Source: Trichosphaerium sp. ATCC 40318 (Eukaryota; Protista; Tubulinea). Taken from it: a stretch of 64,000 nt of DNA. The DNA lies in assembly GCA_038496445.1 (NCBI GenBank), contig JALMLS010000175.1, positions 124,001 to 188,000 of the forward strand, given 5' to 3'. The notes under the pieces are model-generated. The model saw only the letters and a program-made list of their open reading frames with translations, made no database searches and was not told the origin of the DNA. The position numbers and the translations under genes were made by a program. Shown piece after piece: positions 28,401-41,130 of this stretch. Position 1 is the stretch's first letter, and each line of letters starts with the position of its first letter.

Positions 28401-30351
28401 TCTGCAGCTACTGTACTCGCAGAGAAAAAGACAAACGTAAGATTTTATTTTGTTTTGTTTTGGATCTATCTATTCTAAGCTCTCTTTGTAGGTTTCTGAA
28501 TGGGGTAACACTATCCATAAAGAGACAATGGCTGATATAGCAAATATCAAATCTTATGTCTCAGCCCAGAGGCAAGGTGTAGCTGAATTGGAATCTCAAG
28601 TGAGCGAAGTATTGAAGACACAAGTCGCACAATTTGATGTTCAAAAATTGGCAATGTCAAAATTCGTTGCTGAGCAGAAGGATGCCCTTAGCGCTCTTAA
28701 GACTAAACTTCTTGTTCAAGTATCTAAAATTCTTGATGAAGCTGTTGTCGAACAAGAGGCTGCATTGGATAAAGCCTTGGCCACTCTAGAGAAGGAAACC
28801 GATAACGCCATCGAATGTACGACTTTTTTCTTTCTTGTTTTTTGAAATCGCAGCCCTTTGTATTTCTTTGGTTCTTAGAACGTTTTCTGAGCACTTCTGT
28901 ACTCTGATTCACTCGTCTTACTCTTCATTAGCTACCAAGAATACAAACAAGCAAGTATCCGCAAAGGCTGAAGCCATTACAACAGAGATGGACACTTTTG
29001 CTGCTAAACAAGCTGAATCTGGAGCTACTCATATTAATCAATTGTTGCTTCATGTTAAGGAAGATGTAGTCTTTATTGATAACATTAATGAACGCATGAC
29101 AGCACTTCGTGTCACTGAGTCTAGGCGCTCTACAGAGGCTGGTGAATCCTTTGAATCTTTTGCAAATGAAATGTCTGCAACTATTGCTAAAGGTGTAGCT
29201 GCTTCTGCTGAACGCAAAGTCAATGCTGAACGTGATGCTGCCTCACTTGCTGAACAGATTACTGCCAAGCAAGAGAAACTATTGAACTCTTTATCAGCAT
29301 CACACAAAGCAGTTGGTGAAGCCTTCGAAGGCGTCAACTCCAAGGTAACTTTTTTTCTACATGTTTTTTTTGGCAAGTTTTTGACCCTCTCCTTCTTCGA
29401 ATTCTATTCCTTGTCTTATGTTGTTGTGATGTTAAAAATTATTCTAAGCTTCTGAACGTAACCTTCATTGCCGACATTTCTTTTCTGAACTTAAAAAAAC
29501 CATCTTGTTAAACGCTTTTTCACTTCTTTCTGGAACTATCTGCTTATCGTACCTTTTTTTAGCTTGACTTCTGGACTCTCTCTGGTTCTGAGTTTGCTAA
29601 AGATTTTGATAAGGTATCCAGTGATATTACCTCAAATGCTCAAGAATTCAACTTGACTGTACGTCTAACCTTAATTTTTTATGATCAACTTTTTTTCCTA
29701 TGAAAACGTGGCCACCTCTGACGCTCCTTTAGCCTTACACTGCCTCTGGTCAGACTCCAATGAAGAAAACTTTCACATTCCCAAGAGACTTGGCTCATAC
29801 TCGCCCACTCAATGAGCTTCTTGCTGAATTCAGAAACGAGCCAGAGGACCGTCTTTCTGTTGAAATAGAAGTTGATGATGCTTCTTCAGTTGCTTCTGAT
29901 TCTAGTTTTGACAAGAGAGATTCTCTTGATGCTGCAAAGCGTCAATCTATGTCATCTAGCCACTCAGCACCAGCTCCAGAACCTGTTAAACAAAGACCAA
30001 AAGTTCAAAAGATTGGTAAGTATTTGATATTGAGACTTTACGTATTTTTTACTTATACTCTTTTAGTACGCAATGGCGTGGTTGTTGAAACACGTAGAGT
30101 CGCAAGCAAGACTATACCAAAGGCAGGAACCAAGAGAGCACCTTCTAAGCGTATACTAAAACCAAAGGGCTCTAAACCACGAACAACTCGTTTGAAGAAG
30201 GTAAAGATTTTTTTGCACTTTTTTCTTTTTTCACGTGCCGTTTGATTAGTTGACTTTGCACGTTACTTACCTACTTTTTGTTTAGCCTGTCAAACGTCTA
30301 AGACGTCCTATTTCTGATAACAAAGAGAACTCTACCAATAATTTTAGGTAA
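25492..30351 (+). CDS. KIF11: Kinesin-5 (BimC/Eg5 family) mitotic motor
   Basis: [10 protein letters not shown]; [22 protein letters not shown]; ELYNEEL.DLL; SSRSHCIF; [17 protein letters not shown]; [23 protein letters not shown]; long coiled coil; BimC box [17 protein letters not shown] near 29745-29810; C-terminal KEN box. Confidence 0.95.
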
Positions 30352-31041
30352 ACAGCCATGGCTCATATTTTGTACAAAGCTTCAAATCACACTTGTAAAA
30401 TAAATTTTGTTCACTGCAGAAATTGTATGTATTCTTTACTCATTGTTCCGTATTGTATCCTTAGTTGGTGGCGTTTGTGGCATTGTTTTTTTTTTTTGAT
30501 ACTGTTTGTTCTGTACTGTTTATCAGTATTGCGTAAAGGCGCTGATTTTAGAGGCGTATGACGCATCGTTTGCTCGTTTTCGAGTAGTTTGTTTCGTATT
30601 CTTTTATTACGCTGCGCTTACTTTGTGTACCACATTGTCTAGTTACGTACGCGCAGCCTAAACGACTTTGTTTATAAAAACGTTGTTTTTAAGAAGTTGT
30701 ACAATCGTACATAAGTTACTGCATGCTACACGAGCTTGTTTTCGACGGTAAATACGCGTTGATATTGTTGTTACGCACAAGAAGTACTTCCGCAGTTCTA
30801 CAAACGTAGACGCTTACAATTAGCGTAAATATGCTTAGACCTTTACTATTTGATTTACTGAGCGTAAGTAGGCAATGCTGAAAAAGGACTTTTGTTTTCT
30901 TCAGGAAAAGTTGTTATTTACTATGTTCAGTGGCTACTTATGCTTTGAGGAAGTACGGTTCATATTAAGTAGCTGCTTTCTATTTTCGTCGTAAATTAAG
31001 CAATTATAGCGGCCTTAAACCAAAGCTAGAACTACGTAACA

Positions 31042-31398
31042 ATGCAACTATCTCCGGGTGTATTACTCTGTGTTGTTTTCCTCGCTTTAGTTGCTCGTAC
31101 TGCAGCATATCGTTCGGTTTGCGGTGAGCCCGCTGGTTGGACTGTATCTAGAGTCTCAATAACAAATGGAGGACTTAAATTACGATGCCACTACTTGCAA
31201 AAAGCTTTTATTTGGCAAAAAAGAAAAAATGTTGATAAAAAACCACCTGCAGGGCATGTTTTTGTTCCTTATGAAGAAACAACACGTCAAGGGACACGAC
31301 CTGCGTATGGATTCAGGGAAACCGGTAGCGGCTTCAAGTGCTACCCTCACTACAATAATTCTGAATGTGTTTTTGCTACGATAAAAAGAAGACGTTGA
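31042..31398 (+). CDS. Small intronless secreted, basic, Cys-containing protein
   Basis: Clear signal peptide MQLSPGVLLCVVFLALVARTAA; mature part of about 96 aa with 4 Cys and many K/R. Confidence 0.7.
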   Translation: MQLSPGVLLCVVFLALVARTAAYRSVCGEPAGWTVSRVSITNGGLKLRCHYLQKAFIWQKRKNVDKKPPAGHVFVPYEETTRQGTRPAYGFRETGSGFKCYPHYNNSECVFATIKRRR

Positions 31399-31928
31399 GG
31401 ATCAGCTGGTGTATTAATTATGATTGTATGAAGTGCTTGTATTATTCAACGTTCAGTAAACAACCTCGTTTTCTACTCTTTGTTTTGTTCTAAGGTGTAT
31501 GCCATACTCGTTTTATGTAGCACCGAAGATGTTGCTCTCCGAGTGCCAGCTCTTTGTGCTAGGGCTTATTGAGTACAGTCGTGATATCAGCTTTCACGTG
31601 TGCCGAGTGTTTTGTATGCCACGTGTAAGCATACGGTTGCTATTGTTCCAATGAAGAAAAAACAAAGAGAGTCGTACCCATTGTCACGCTTAAGTGTGAC
31701 GGCTTGTGTGAACAGTTATCTCGTTTTTATCTGTTTTTTGCTAAATGATAGTTGCAGTATAGTGCTATGATAACTTTAACCCTGTCTTGCAATAACGAAT
31801 AGTCCAAGATACTGATACATTATACTTTATTAAATAAACTACTATTACATTACCATCAATCATTTTGATACACGTCCGCACGTGGGTATTGACGAAAAGA
31901 CAAAGAAAAAAAACCAGAATGTTCCAAA

Positions 31929-32489
31929 TTATAATATTCTGCATTGCCTCTTTCGTTTACCTTTCTTTCCTTTCTTTGATTTATTCCTTACACGTCTCAT
32001 TTCACGAACAAGCTGAAAATAAACTTCTTTAACGTTCTTCTTTGTCTTCGCTGAAGTCTCAAAGAAAGGAGCTTTATATCTTTCAGCAAAATCCTTCCCT
32101 TCAGCTGTTGACACTTCTCTATCGTTTTTCAAGTCACATTTATTTCCAGCAACAACAAAAGGTATCTCGCCACCTTCGCCTACTCTGTGTAGTAGTTTAA
32201 CAAATTCTTCGAGCTCTTCAAGTGTTTGCGTCCTAGTGGTGTCGTATACCATTAAAACACCTTCTGCCTTGCGCATATATGTCTCCCGTAGCGCGGAGTA
32301 GTCTTCTTGACCCGCTGTATCTAGAATATCCAACTGTGCCACCTGCCCATCTACCGTTACTAATTTTCGATGCCCGTCTTCAATTGTTGCGTCGTATGAC
32401 TCTACGAATTGCTTGTACAAGAATTGCATTGTTATAGCTGTTTTACCAACACCACCATCTCCAAATACAACTATTTTGTAGTCCGACAT
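31929..32489 (-). CDS. Ras-family small GTPase, intronless
   Basis: GDGGVGKT, YDATIED, DTAGQE, NKCD, ETSAK, polybasic tail plus CAAX (CRIL). Confidence 0.97.
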   Translation of the reverse strand: MSDYKIVVFGDGGVGKTAITMQFLYKQFVESYDATIEDGHRKLVTVDGQVAQLDILDTAGQEDYSALRETYMRKAEGVLMVYDTTRTQTLEELEEFVKLLHRVGEGGEIPFVVAGNKCDLKNDREVSTAEGKDFAERYKAPFFETSAKTKKNVKEVYFQLVREMRRVRNKSKKGKKGKRKRQCRIL

Positions 32490-32834
32490 TTATCACGTGC
32501 CTTTTTCTTATTGATAATCAATCTGCTTTGAAAAAAAAGAAAACACTGTTTTTTTCCCTTTCAACGAAACAAAGTTACGAACTACGCCTTTTTCTCTTCA
32601 TTAAATAAAATAGTACACTGCACTAGTTAAATTGCTTGAAGAATCGCCCAACTTGGTGCTTTATAATTAGGTAAAGACTTAAACTTTTTCGGCTTCCGAG
32701 CCATTTTGAAAATTAGGTCTTTAAAATACACAAATGATGTGCTAAGGCGTGTGGTGATGGTAGTTTTTGTTCGAAAAGTAGTAAGGTACTTTGACGTTCT
32801 GCTAAGAGAGGTGTTTATTTGGTTGTATTTTTGC

Positions 32835-34317
32835 TTAAAGTAAGAATAGAGTAGATGATAATATTGCAAGCACTATATGTGAGGATAGAATCTGCACAGT
32901 TTTTGTTAGCACAAAACAAAAAGTATTGAAGCGTTCACGTACGTTTGCTGTACTTTGTGGTGCGCTTGTTGGCGTAGGTGCTGTTGTGGTAGGTGGTTGG
33001 GTCACCCCACTTGCTGTAGGGGCATCAGATGGTGCATCTGCAGTTGGTTCTGCAGGTGTTGCATCGGTAGGTTCGACAGGTGAAGCGGTAGTTGTTTGCT
33101 GTGGGTGAAGATAATCAAAGCTTTTCCCTGCAACTGAGACTGTATAAGAATCTATACATCCAGCTTCAGATCCTTGACATTGGCCAGTAATGTACAGTGT
33201 CTTTCCATCTACACCACCAAAATCAAGGTTTGTTGGTCTTTCAAAAGTTAAATTGATAGTTTCGCCTTCAGTTCCTTGCGGGGTTATACGAACTACTTTG
33301 GTTCTAGAAGGCTATTAGTTCTTATGATATAATTATTGCATTCCTACCCGCCATGTCTAGTTACGTAAAGGTTACCATCAGTGTCTGGCCTCATCCCGTC
33401 AACATCAACTGTGGCGGTTGCGAATTCATAAAACATTCGTTTGTTGCTTATATCTCCAGTTGGTGTTACATCATACGCCCAAATGCGTTGTCCTTGAGCA
33501 GGGTAGCTTCCTAGAGATTCGCTCACATACAAAATGGAGTCATCTGGACTCAGAGCAATGCCTAGTAGTTGATGTTAAGAGCGCAGAAAGCAGCGTGTTC
33601 TATTTTAAAAGTACCATTTGTACGGCCCATATTATCTTCAAGTATAGTTGGTTTGCCATCAATACACTTCCATAGCTGTCCTTTACCAGCGTCAAAGTCC
33701 ATACCACTCATAAAAAGTAATCCTGACGTCGTAGTAGATAAAGCTAAGTCGTTAGGGAAGCCTAAATAATAGGTGTTTAGTACTCATTTTTCCAACGAAA
33801 TTTTTTTGGGAGAACCTTGGAGCATTGTATCGTTGCTGCACGTGATATTATAAGACTTATCTGGGTATACAACGACAACCCTCTTATTGAGTTTATCGGC
33901 GACATAGAGCACACCTTGACGGTCAATTCTAATGCCATTGAATTGTGAATTACTGGCACCTAACACAGTGATTGGAAAGAAAATACTACGAGTAAAATAG
34001 AGTACCTCCTGGCATTGTAAAGTACAAACTTGAGGTTTTATTTGGGTACACCTTCCCAATTGTTCCTCTGTCGTCGTTATTGGCAGTAGGAGAGTAGTTT
34101 ACGGCGTAAAAATTACCATCAGCGTCAAAAGCAGCGCCTAGAGAGAAATTTAGGTTTTGTTTTTGGAAAGCAGCGTGTAATCGCTTAGGATTGTTTTCTT
34201 ACCTTCTATAAAGCGTCTAAATCCAGTGATGCTCTCAGCAGTCGCAGTTTGTGGCTTGACACATGATAAAAACGATAAACAGAGTAGTATTTCTATTATC
34301 CACGATGATTTCGTCAT
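32835..34317 (-). CDS. SMP-30/gluconolactonase-family beta-propeller with signal peptide, Pro/Thr stalk and GPI-type tail
   Basis: MTKSSWIIEILLCLSFLSC; EGAAFDADGNFY; FNGIRID; PNDL; NGIALSPDDSILYVSE; DGMRPDTDGNLYV; PTNLDFGG.DGKTLYIT; P/T-rich linker; ends STANILSSHIVLAILSSTLFLL*. Confidence 0.88.
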
Positions 34318-34884
34318 TGTAAGTGCAAATGTCGTTGGTTGATAAACACTGCTCCATTGACTTGGCAAAGACCATTTGTGCTTTGACAGTTGTTCACAGA
34401 GCGTTTACTTTCTGATGCTAACCACGTGATCAAAATCCCCAAGAGACTCGAAAATAGAAGTCGCGAAATAAATTTGACACATATACAAAGACTATGCCAA
34501 TTGTACTGGTTCAAAGTAGACACGTTGATCTACACCCAGCTGGTTTTTAAATACGTGTACAAATACGTTAATTCTTGTGATGTCTAGAAAAGTATACAAG
34601 GTATTACCAACGCACGAACAATCTTATCACTTATTCATTTTTGCAAAGTATATCTAAGACTGTCTCGCGATATGAGTTATACTCCATAGGCTCTTTGGTA
34701 TTAAAAGAGACTTAATGAGATAAAAAAATTGTGGAACATCAGCGCAAAGAAGGTATTCTTCAAAAGAGAACGAAGGTAATATTGCTACCAAATACAAAAG
34801 TTAACTTAATGGGAAAGCTAAGTAGACCAATTAGTTTCTGAGATGGTTTGCTTAACAACAATGTAGATGTAATACAACACGCTT

Positions 34885-37589
34885 TTATTCTGTTATTTCT
34901 TTGGCCTTAGTTTCTTCAGTCATTGCAGCGTTCTTAATATACTCCTTACAGTGCTTAAATAACTTACAGCGCTTTTTAGTTGGTTGATAGGCCAATACAG
35001 CTTCTAAAAGCTCTCCAACAGTAATCTTGTTTTGAACTGTGCAAAATGAAACAAATTCTGTGAGAGCCTATTACGCTAATTAGGTACACTATGTAAGTTT
35101 TATGACAAACCTGAGCGAATTCTGGCTTATTAAATGTGTGATATGATATATCTATGCCGACTTGAGACGCAGCAATAAGTTGCTGTATTGCTTTGAGTTC
35201 AAGGTATCCACCTGTGAACAAAGTTAAAAAGCAGTCTTTTTAGCCAAGAACATACCGAATGCACCGCATCCCTACACAAAGGTTAGAAAGTATATTGTAT
35301 GATTAACGTACCCAGTTACCAGTAGCAACAGATGGATTTTCACCTGGGTCATATTGCTCTGGATTACTCATGGCAATGTATGCTTTGTTTATGTCTCGTA
35401 GTACATACCTAAATTATGTATCAGACGATACTCAGTATTTTAGCTAATTCCGTACGGTTTCAAGAGCTGATCATTTCCTAGATTAACCACAGAATCCATA
35501 GCTATCATAATACTTTAATTTTGAAGTATGCATAAAAAGAGGGTACCAAATATGTGTTTGTTTAGGCAGTCTAATTCACATTTTTTTGTTTTATCTTTGT
35601 AACTTCCTAACAATTGTTTAATTTGGAAGGCTAGAAAGCAGTTTGAGATGTACCTTCATATTTAAACATAGCTGCATAACCACTGTATTTAGAGAACCTC
35701 TCTGCTCCAGAGATCATTATAGCCTCTTTCGTTCCCATTGTTGGACAAAGGAACATTGCCTGTTTTTTGTTTGTTAGGTAGTTGATAGATTTTAGCGACA
35801 TGAGCGTACTACGTAGCACTCTGGTTTTAAAGCAAAAAGTATCTCTTCTTGTACACAGCCACCTTAATTATATGTTAGTTTGTTAGCGATTACAATGGGT
35901 ACGCACCACTTAATGCACCGCCACCAATAGTTCTATTTGCAAAATCAGCGTGGAATTGTGCTTTCGAGTCTTCAATCTTTGTCTCATCATCAACAGTCAT
36001 TGCTACTATAGGCTTCTTACTCTCCTCCCACTTCACATCTTCTGCACCAACCTATATTTATATTAATATTAAGCGTGGTAATTGAATAGCTTACCTTTCG
36101 GTGTATGATGATATTTCCTGACGGTATTTTTTTTGCTCTAGGAGAGCTTAACAGGTTTCAGTGATGGATAAGTTGTACCTTCTTCGAAAGTACTCTAGTA
36201 TACATAATATAATACTCTACGGTGTAGATATAAGCTTATGGGGTTTAAATAATCACTTACTTCATTTGGATCTGAATTTCCTTTTGGAGAAGACACGTGT
36301 GAACTATAAAATAACGGCGTAAAAGAACAATCATTGAAGTGCATCCCTCTAGTCTCGCATTAAGTTGGCCGTTGTAATATTACTTAGGCGTAAAATATAA
36401 GCGTACACGTGCATAGCCGAAGGGTGGGGCAATGTACCCAAGAAAAAGTGTGACAGCAAGCAAGCGACCTGAAAGATGTTAGAATTTTGTAGGTTTTTTT
36501 TTCGAGCAATGTATTCACCTGAGTTCTTGTTAGAACAAGCTTATTATCTTTTGTTTCAAATAAAATAGGTATTCTTTCTGGAAATAACTCCTCTGTACGT
36601 AGTGCCATACTCAAAATAAAAGGCACAATCACCGAAAGAAACTCTTCTACAGAAAATGATTACCCAGCAGAACAAAAAATTCAAATGTTGAGTTCAGTAT
36701 TGTACCTTTTTCTGCTGCTCTATCAGGGAATTTTTTACAACTTTTTTTAGAAAAGTAAGCCCTGTGTATGCTTGTTAACAAGTACATAACGATATTTAAA
36801 TGGTTACTTGAAGAATTCTCCTGCACATGAAGCGTCCAATTCTGCAAAAAGCTCTGTTTTTCCACTAGGTGTTCCAAATTTCTTTAAGAGATCACAAAAC
36901 TCTTGAATGCTATCGACTTTGTTTTGCAATAACTTTTTCCTCGCTTTCCACTTTCCTTTGTCCATATGAGGTAAATAAGCGTACCTATACGCAACACCAT
37001 CTAAATCAAAATAAGAAAAAAAAATCAATTATCACGTGTTAGATTCGAACAACTTGTTGCAACGAACCTGTTACTTTAGTGATAGCTTTGACGATTTTTT
37101 TTCGACAACTGAGAAGTTTTGCCTTTGTTGCTGTTGGACCAAGTATCATCTGATGCTTCCTCTTTCGATGTTGTCTGTAACCTTAATGAATCAACAAACA
37201 AAGTTGAAGTTTTTGGTTTTTTTCTCTTAAATTATCACGTGAGTGTTACCTAGTAGCACCAGCATATCATCGGTTTGCGGAAACTTATGTAAAGCATCAA
37301 AGAATGTCTTTGAAGTCGTAGTAACGATTCTGTACGCTTGTTCGTTTGGATGGCGAAAGACGCCGTTAATAGTTGAAACAAACCATTGTAACGCCGTTAA
37401 CATCTACAAAACATTAATAAAACTGTATTGGCCGTTTATTTTAGATACTTCTGCTTTAGTTGTTCCATCTTGGGATGTAAGGGACTCTAAGAGCTCTTCA
37501 AACGTTTCCTTAAAGGTTGCAGTTAATGTAGTTAGCGATTGAAGGCTTACTGTTGGTATTTTATGTTCTTTTAGCGCAGAGTTTCCCAT
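34885..37589 (-). CDS. PARG: Poly(ADP-ribose) glycohydrolase with N-terminal PUB-like domain
   Basis: DFANRTIGGGALSGGCVQEEILF..KPE catalytic loop; GAERFSKYSGYA; RDINKAY; ATGNWGCGAFGG.LELK.IQQLIAAS; the N-terminal exons encode a PUB-like segment. Confidence 0.92.
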
Positions 37590-38015
37590 ACTGAGTATAT
37601 AAGTTATCAGCAATAACGTACTACACTTTTACGTGTTAGAAACACAAAACAATTGTTGAATATTTAAGGAAAGTGACTGTTAAGTCACGGCATAAATGTC
37701 ACGTACCATAAGTATATTCTACAGCGCTGTTATTAGCAACGCCAATATAAGTGTTATTTAGGCAATGCAACTACTGTCGAACTTCGGTTCTCACAAGAAA
37801 AAACGTGCCTCCATCCTGAAGGTCCTACTAATTTAGAAAAGAACATAATTTATATTCTCCTGCTTACAAAAAAGAAAGTACCTATGTTGGACTGGAAATG
37901 GAAGGAGCAGATACAAGAATATTCAGCAATTGCCAGCTAGACAGACAGTTTTGAAATTTCATTTTTTTTGGATCTTATGAATTGCTACGACTTTCTAAGA
38001 CGTACACATCGCACT

Positions 38016-41000
38016 ATGGCAGTTCAACCTGCTCGTAGTTACGACATTACATCGCTTTCGGAGTGGAGTGTTGATGGAATTGGTATACAACCCTACTCTT
38101 CATAATTGAAAAGTTAATTCACTGACGCTGCCTCAGAGCATTTAGAATGGCGTTTTCTTGAGACTACAAACGAACAACCTCCACCAAGACACGGACACTG
38201 CGCATGCCATGTAAATGGCCAAGTCATGATATTTGGTGGTTGGGGAGGCACGCTACTGCAAAATACAAAAACTATAACCAAAATCAAAAAACAATACGTT
38301 AATTCTACTCTCTCCGCGTATTCAAGCTTAAAAAGACACTCAAAAGCCTTTTACGATATTTGGTAATTTTCTTACAATCAATAGGTCTTGTTTGGCCTGA
38401 TCTAACCTCTTTGAACCTTGGTACGGCGGATTTATACCATGATAAAACTATTACGTTTGTTTTTACAAAATTCTGGATTTTGATCCAAAAGGAGCGATAA
38501 TTTAGCTAATACAAGCAATTATAGCGACATTGGAATGGGAGAAAAAAAAGCCAACTGGAGAACCACCTGTGAGCACTTTTGCTTCTGGAGAGGTCATAAG
38601 TGACTTCATTTATGTGTTCGGAGGAGAGTCTAGCAGCGCTGTGTATACCAACACACTGACTAAATTGAATACAAGTACACCATAATAGCGATACTGTTTT
38701 TTTACATGTCTTTTTAGATACTTGGCATTGGTCAACTGTTGAGGCTACTGGACAAGGTTCTTATTTCTTAAATTTGGCGTATTTTAGTTTTATTCATTGA
38801 GAGTATAGTACCCGAACCAAGAGCATATCAAGCGAGTACTGTAGTGGCTGGAAAGTATCTTTCTTATTGTTTTTTGATGATCAATCTCTTCGGTTTTTTT
38901 TTTGATCCCTTAACAATCCTTGATTACTCATAATCGCTGGACAAGCCGATCACGATGACGATAGATGGGAGTGGTATCGCGATATACATATTTTTGATCC
39001 TAACACAGACATGTGGTAAACAATCAATATATAGCGCTTTTTTATCTCATTTTCTGCAACAAGGAAAAAAGTGCCTGCGAACAATTGGCCATCTCCACGT
39101 TCTGCACCTACAGTAAATATAGTAGGTATGCTACTACATCTAAATATATAATTTATGTATTAACGAGCTTGTACCAAAGGTACAACAGCGTACATGTTTG
39201 GTGGAGGGTCTTGGGAAGGAAACTATCGGAATATTTCTTATTACTCAGACATTTTCGCACTGGATATTTCACCTATTTGTACGTTCTCGCATTTACCTCT
39301 GTCAATCTATTTAAACTCATCAAAAATAATAGTAAGAGGTGATGTGGGATGTACGCTCTCATGGGAGAAAATAGATGCTATAGGAGACATACCATGTGCG
39401 GGTTTTTTTTGATACAATATCAGTACAGTTTCGTTTACTTTATTATTAAGCTCCACGTGCTGGCCATGCTGCTACAACTATTGGAAATTACATATTAGTT
39501 ACAGGCGGTTATATTTGTAAAGGAAGAACTTGGCCTACAATGGCAGATACTTATTTATTTGATCCCTCAGTATCGAAATGGACAAAATGTTCTGACCTGC
39601 CAAAACCGGTATGCACACATTTTCGTGTCCATCTTCTTTTTGAGTAACATGTCGGGTTTTTTGCTTAGATTGGCAATCACAAAACTATTTATAAAGACGG
39701 GAAGTTATTCTTATTTGGTGGTATCGACTACAACATTGGTAAATCAATCAAAAGAATATTTATGAGAATCTAATTTGGTTTTTTCTTTAAGATGCTGTCA
39801 GCAGTTCAAGCTATTTTATTCAATTCCCAATACGTATGTGGTGATATTTGGTTGGGCGCTGTTTATAATTCTTTAATTAGGACGTAGCTATCACCTTGCA
39901 AAGGCAATGCTTAGGCTATACAATGAAAGAGATGACCAAGAAACTCAAGTAGAATTAGACGATGGAAATATTTTGAAGTATCATAAATTTATAATGGTAG
40001 CACGTGCTCCAAAATGTCTTACTGAGATTGAAAAAAATGGCAAACTCATAAACGTATCTAGAAATACGTTCAATATTTTTTTGGGTTGGATGTATTGCGA
40101 TCAAATTCCACAAAGCCTTCAACTCAATGAAATCATTGAGTTGATAGATTTTTTCATTCGGACTCAAGTTAACAAAAATGTCGTTCTCTATACAGTAGAA
40201 CGTCTATTTAAGTACTTCCCTATGCAATTACATGAAGTAAAGAAAGTATTAAAAGTAGCTGAAAAATGGCCTGAAGATATTTATCATCAACTCATTAAAA
40301 AGATAAAGGAAGGAAATCATAAAGAAAGTACAAGAATTATAAATTGGATAGTCGAACATAGTAAAAAACAAGACATCAAGTCAATTGTTTCTACAGATCC
40401 ACCATTATGGTCATCTTGTGGTGTTTTAGATACACTTGGATATGATATGGATATTATATGGGATAATCATGATACAGCTGATTTTACACTTGTTCTTGGT
40501 GAACAAAAGATAAAATGTCATAAATCAATGTTATCTAGTAGGTGCAGCTACTTTGACGCTATCTTAAGGTCTGGTATGAGAGAAGCTCAGAATCGTAAGT
40601 CCTTAGTTCGTATAGCACGTGATTTTTGTTGATTATGGTTATAGGCGAGTTGGCGTTACCTGAAGGTCAAGAGGAACATGGAATGACGTATACGTCATTG
40701 TAAGTCATATGGTTTTTTTTTTGTTCATTCTTAAAATATTCTTTCATTCAGGTGTGGATTGATTAGGTACTTTTATTCTGGAAGTGTTGATCACCTTGAA
40801 GACCCTTTTGATTGTCTTATGATAATGTCATACAGTGGCTATCTTGATCTTGCATTCTCAGAAGACCACAAAGTACTCATGGACCACTGTAAAGCAAAGT
40901 GAGTATTTAAGATTTTTTCCTGTTCATGAAACTAAATAGGTTTTAGGATGAAAGATTTATCACCACAAGCTTGTGTAAAGTTACTCAGTTGTATGAGGCA

Positions 41001-41130
41001 GATATTTAAAATGTAAAAATGAACAAACACATCTTTGATCGTGACAATGTTGAAGTTGAATTGAAAGACATCCAAAACTTGCTTCCCACAACTCGTCTTG
41101 GTGAGAAAGGTTCAAAAAGAACTCTTTGAA
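38016..41130 (+). CDS. Kelch-repeat plus tandem BTB protein (LZTR1-like architecture); C-terminus approximate
   Basis: Kelch units PPPRHGH..MIFGG, IYVFGG, PRSAP..MFGG, PRAGHA..VTGG, LFGG; BTB1 HKFIMVARAP..FNIFLGWMYCD; BTB2 ADFTLVLGEQKIKCHKSMLSSRCSYFDAILRSGMREAQ. Confidence 0.85.

Noticed and set aside
27940-29376. Antisense ORFs within kinesin-5, and similar shadow ORFs in MCM8, DENN and LamG genes
   Set aside because: They are reverse-frame shadows of coiled-coil or biased coding sequence with no independent motifs.
32926-33108. Ala/Val/Gly-rich + strand ORF resembling a membrane peptide
   Set aside because: It is the antisense of the Pro/Thr stalk of the gluconolactonase gene.
31929-41130. 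Ras near an LZTR1-like Kelch-BTB gene (LZTR1 ubiquitinates Ras-family proteins)
   Set aside because: Two unrelated genes intervene, and both families are large in protists, so proximity is uninformative.
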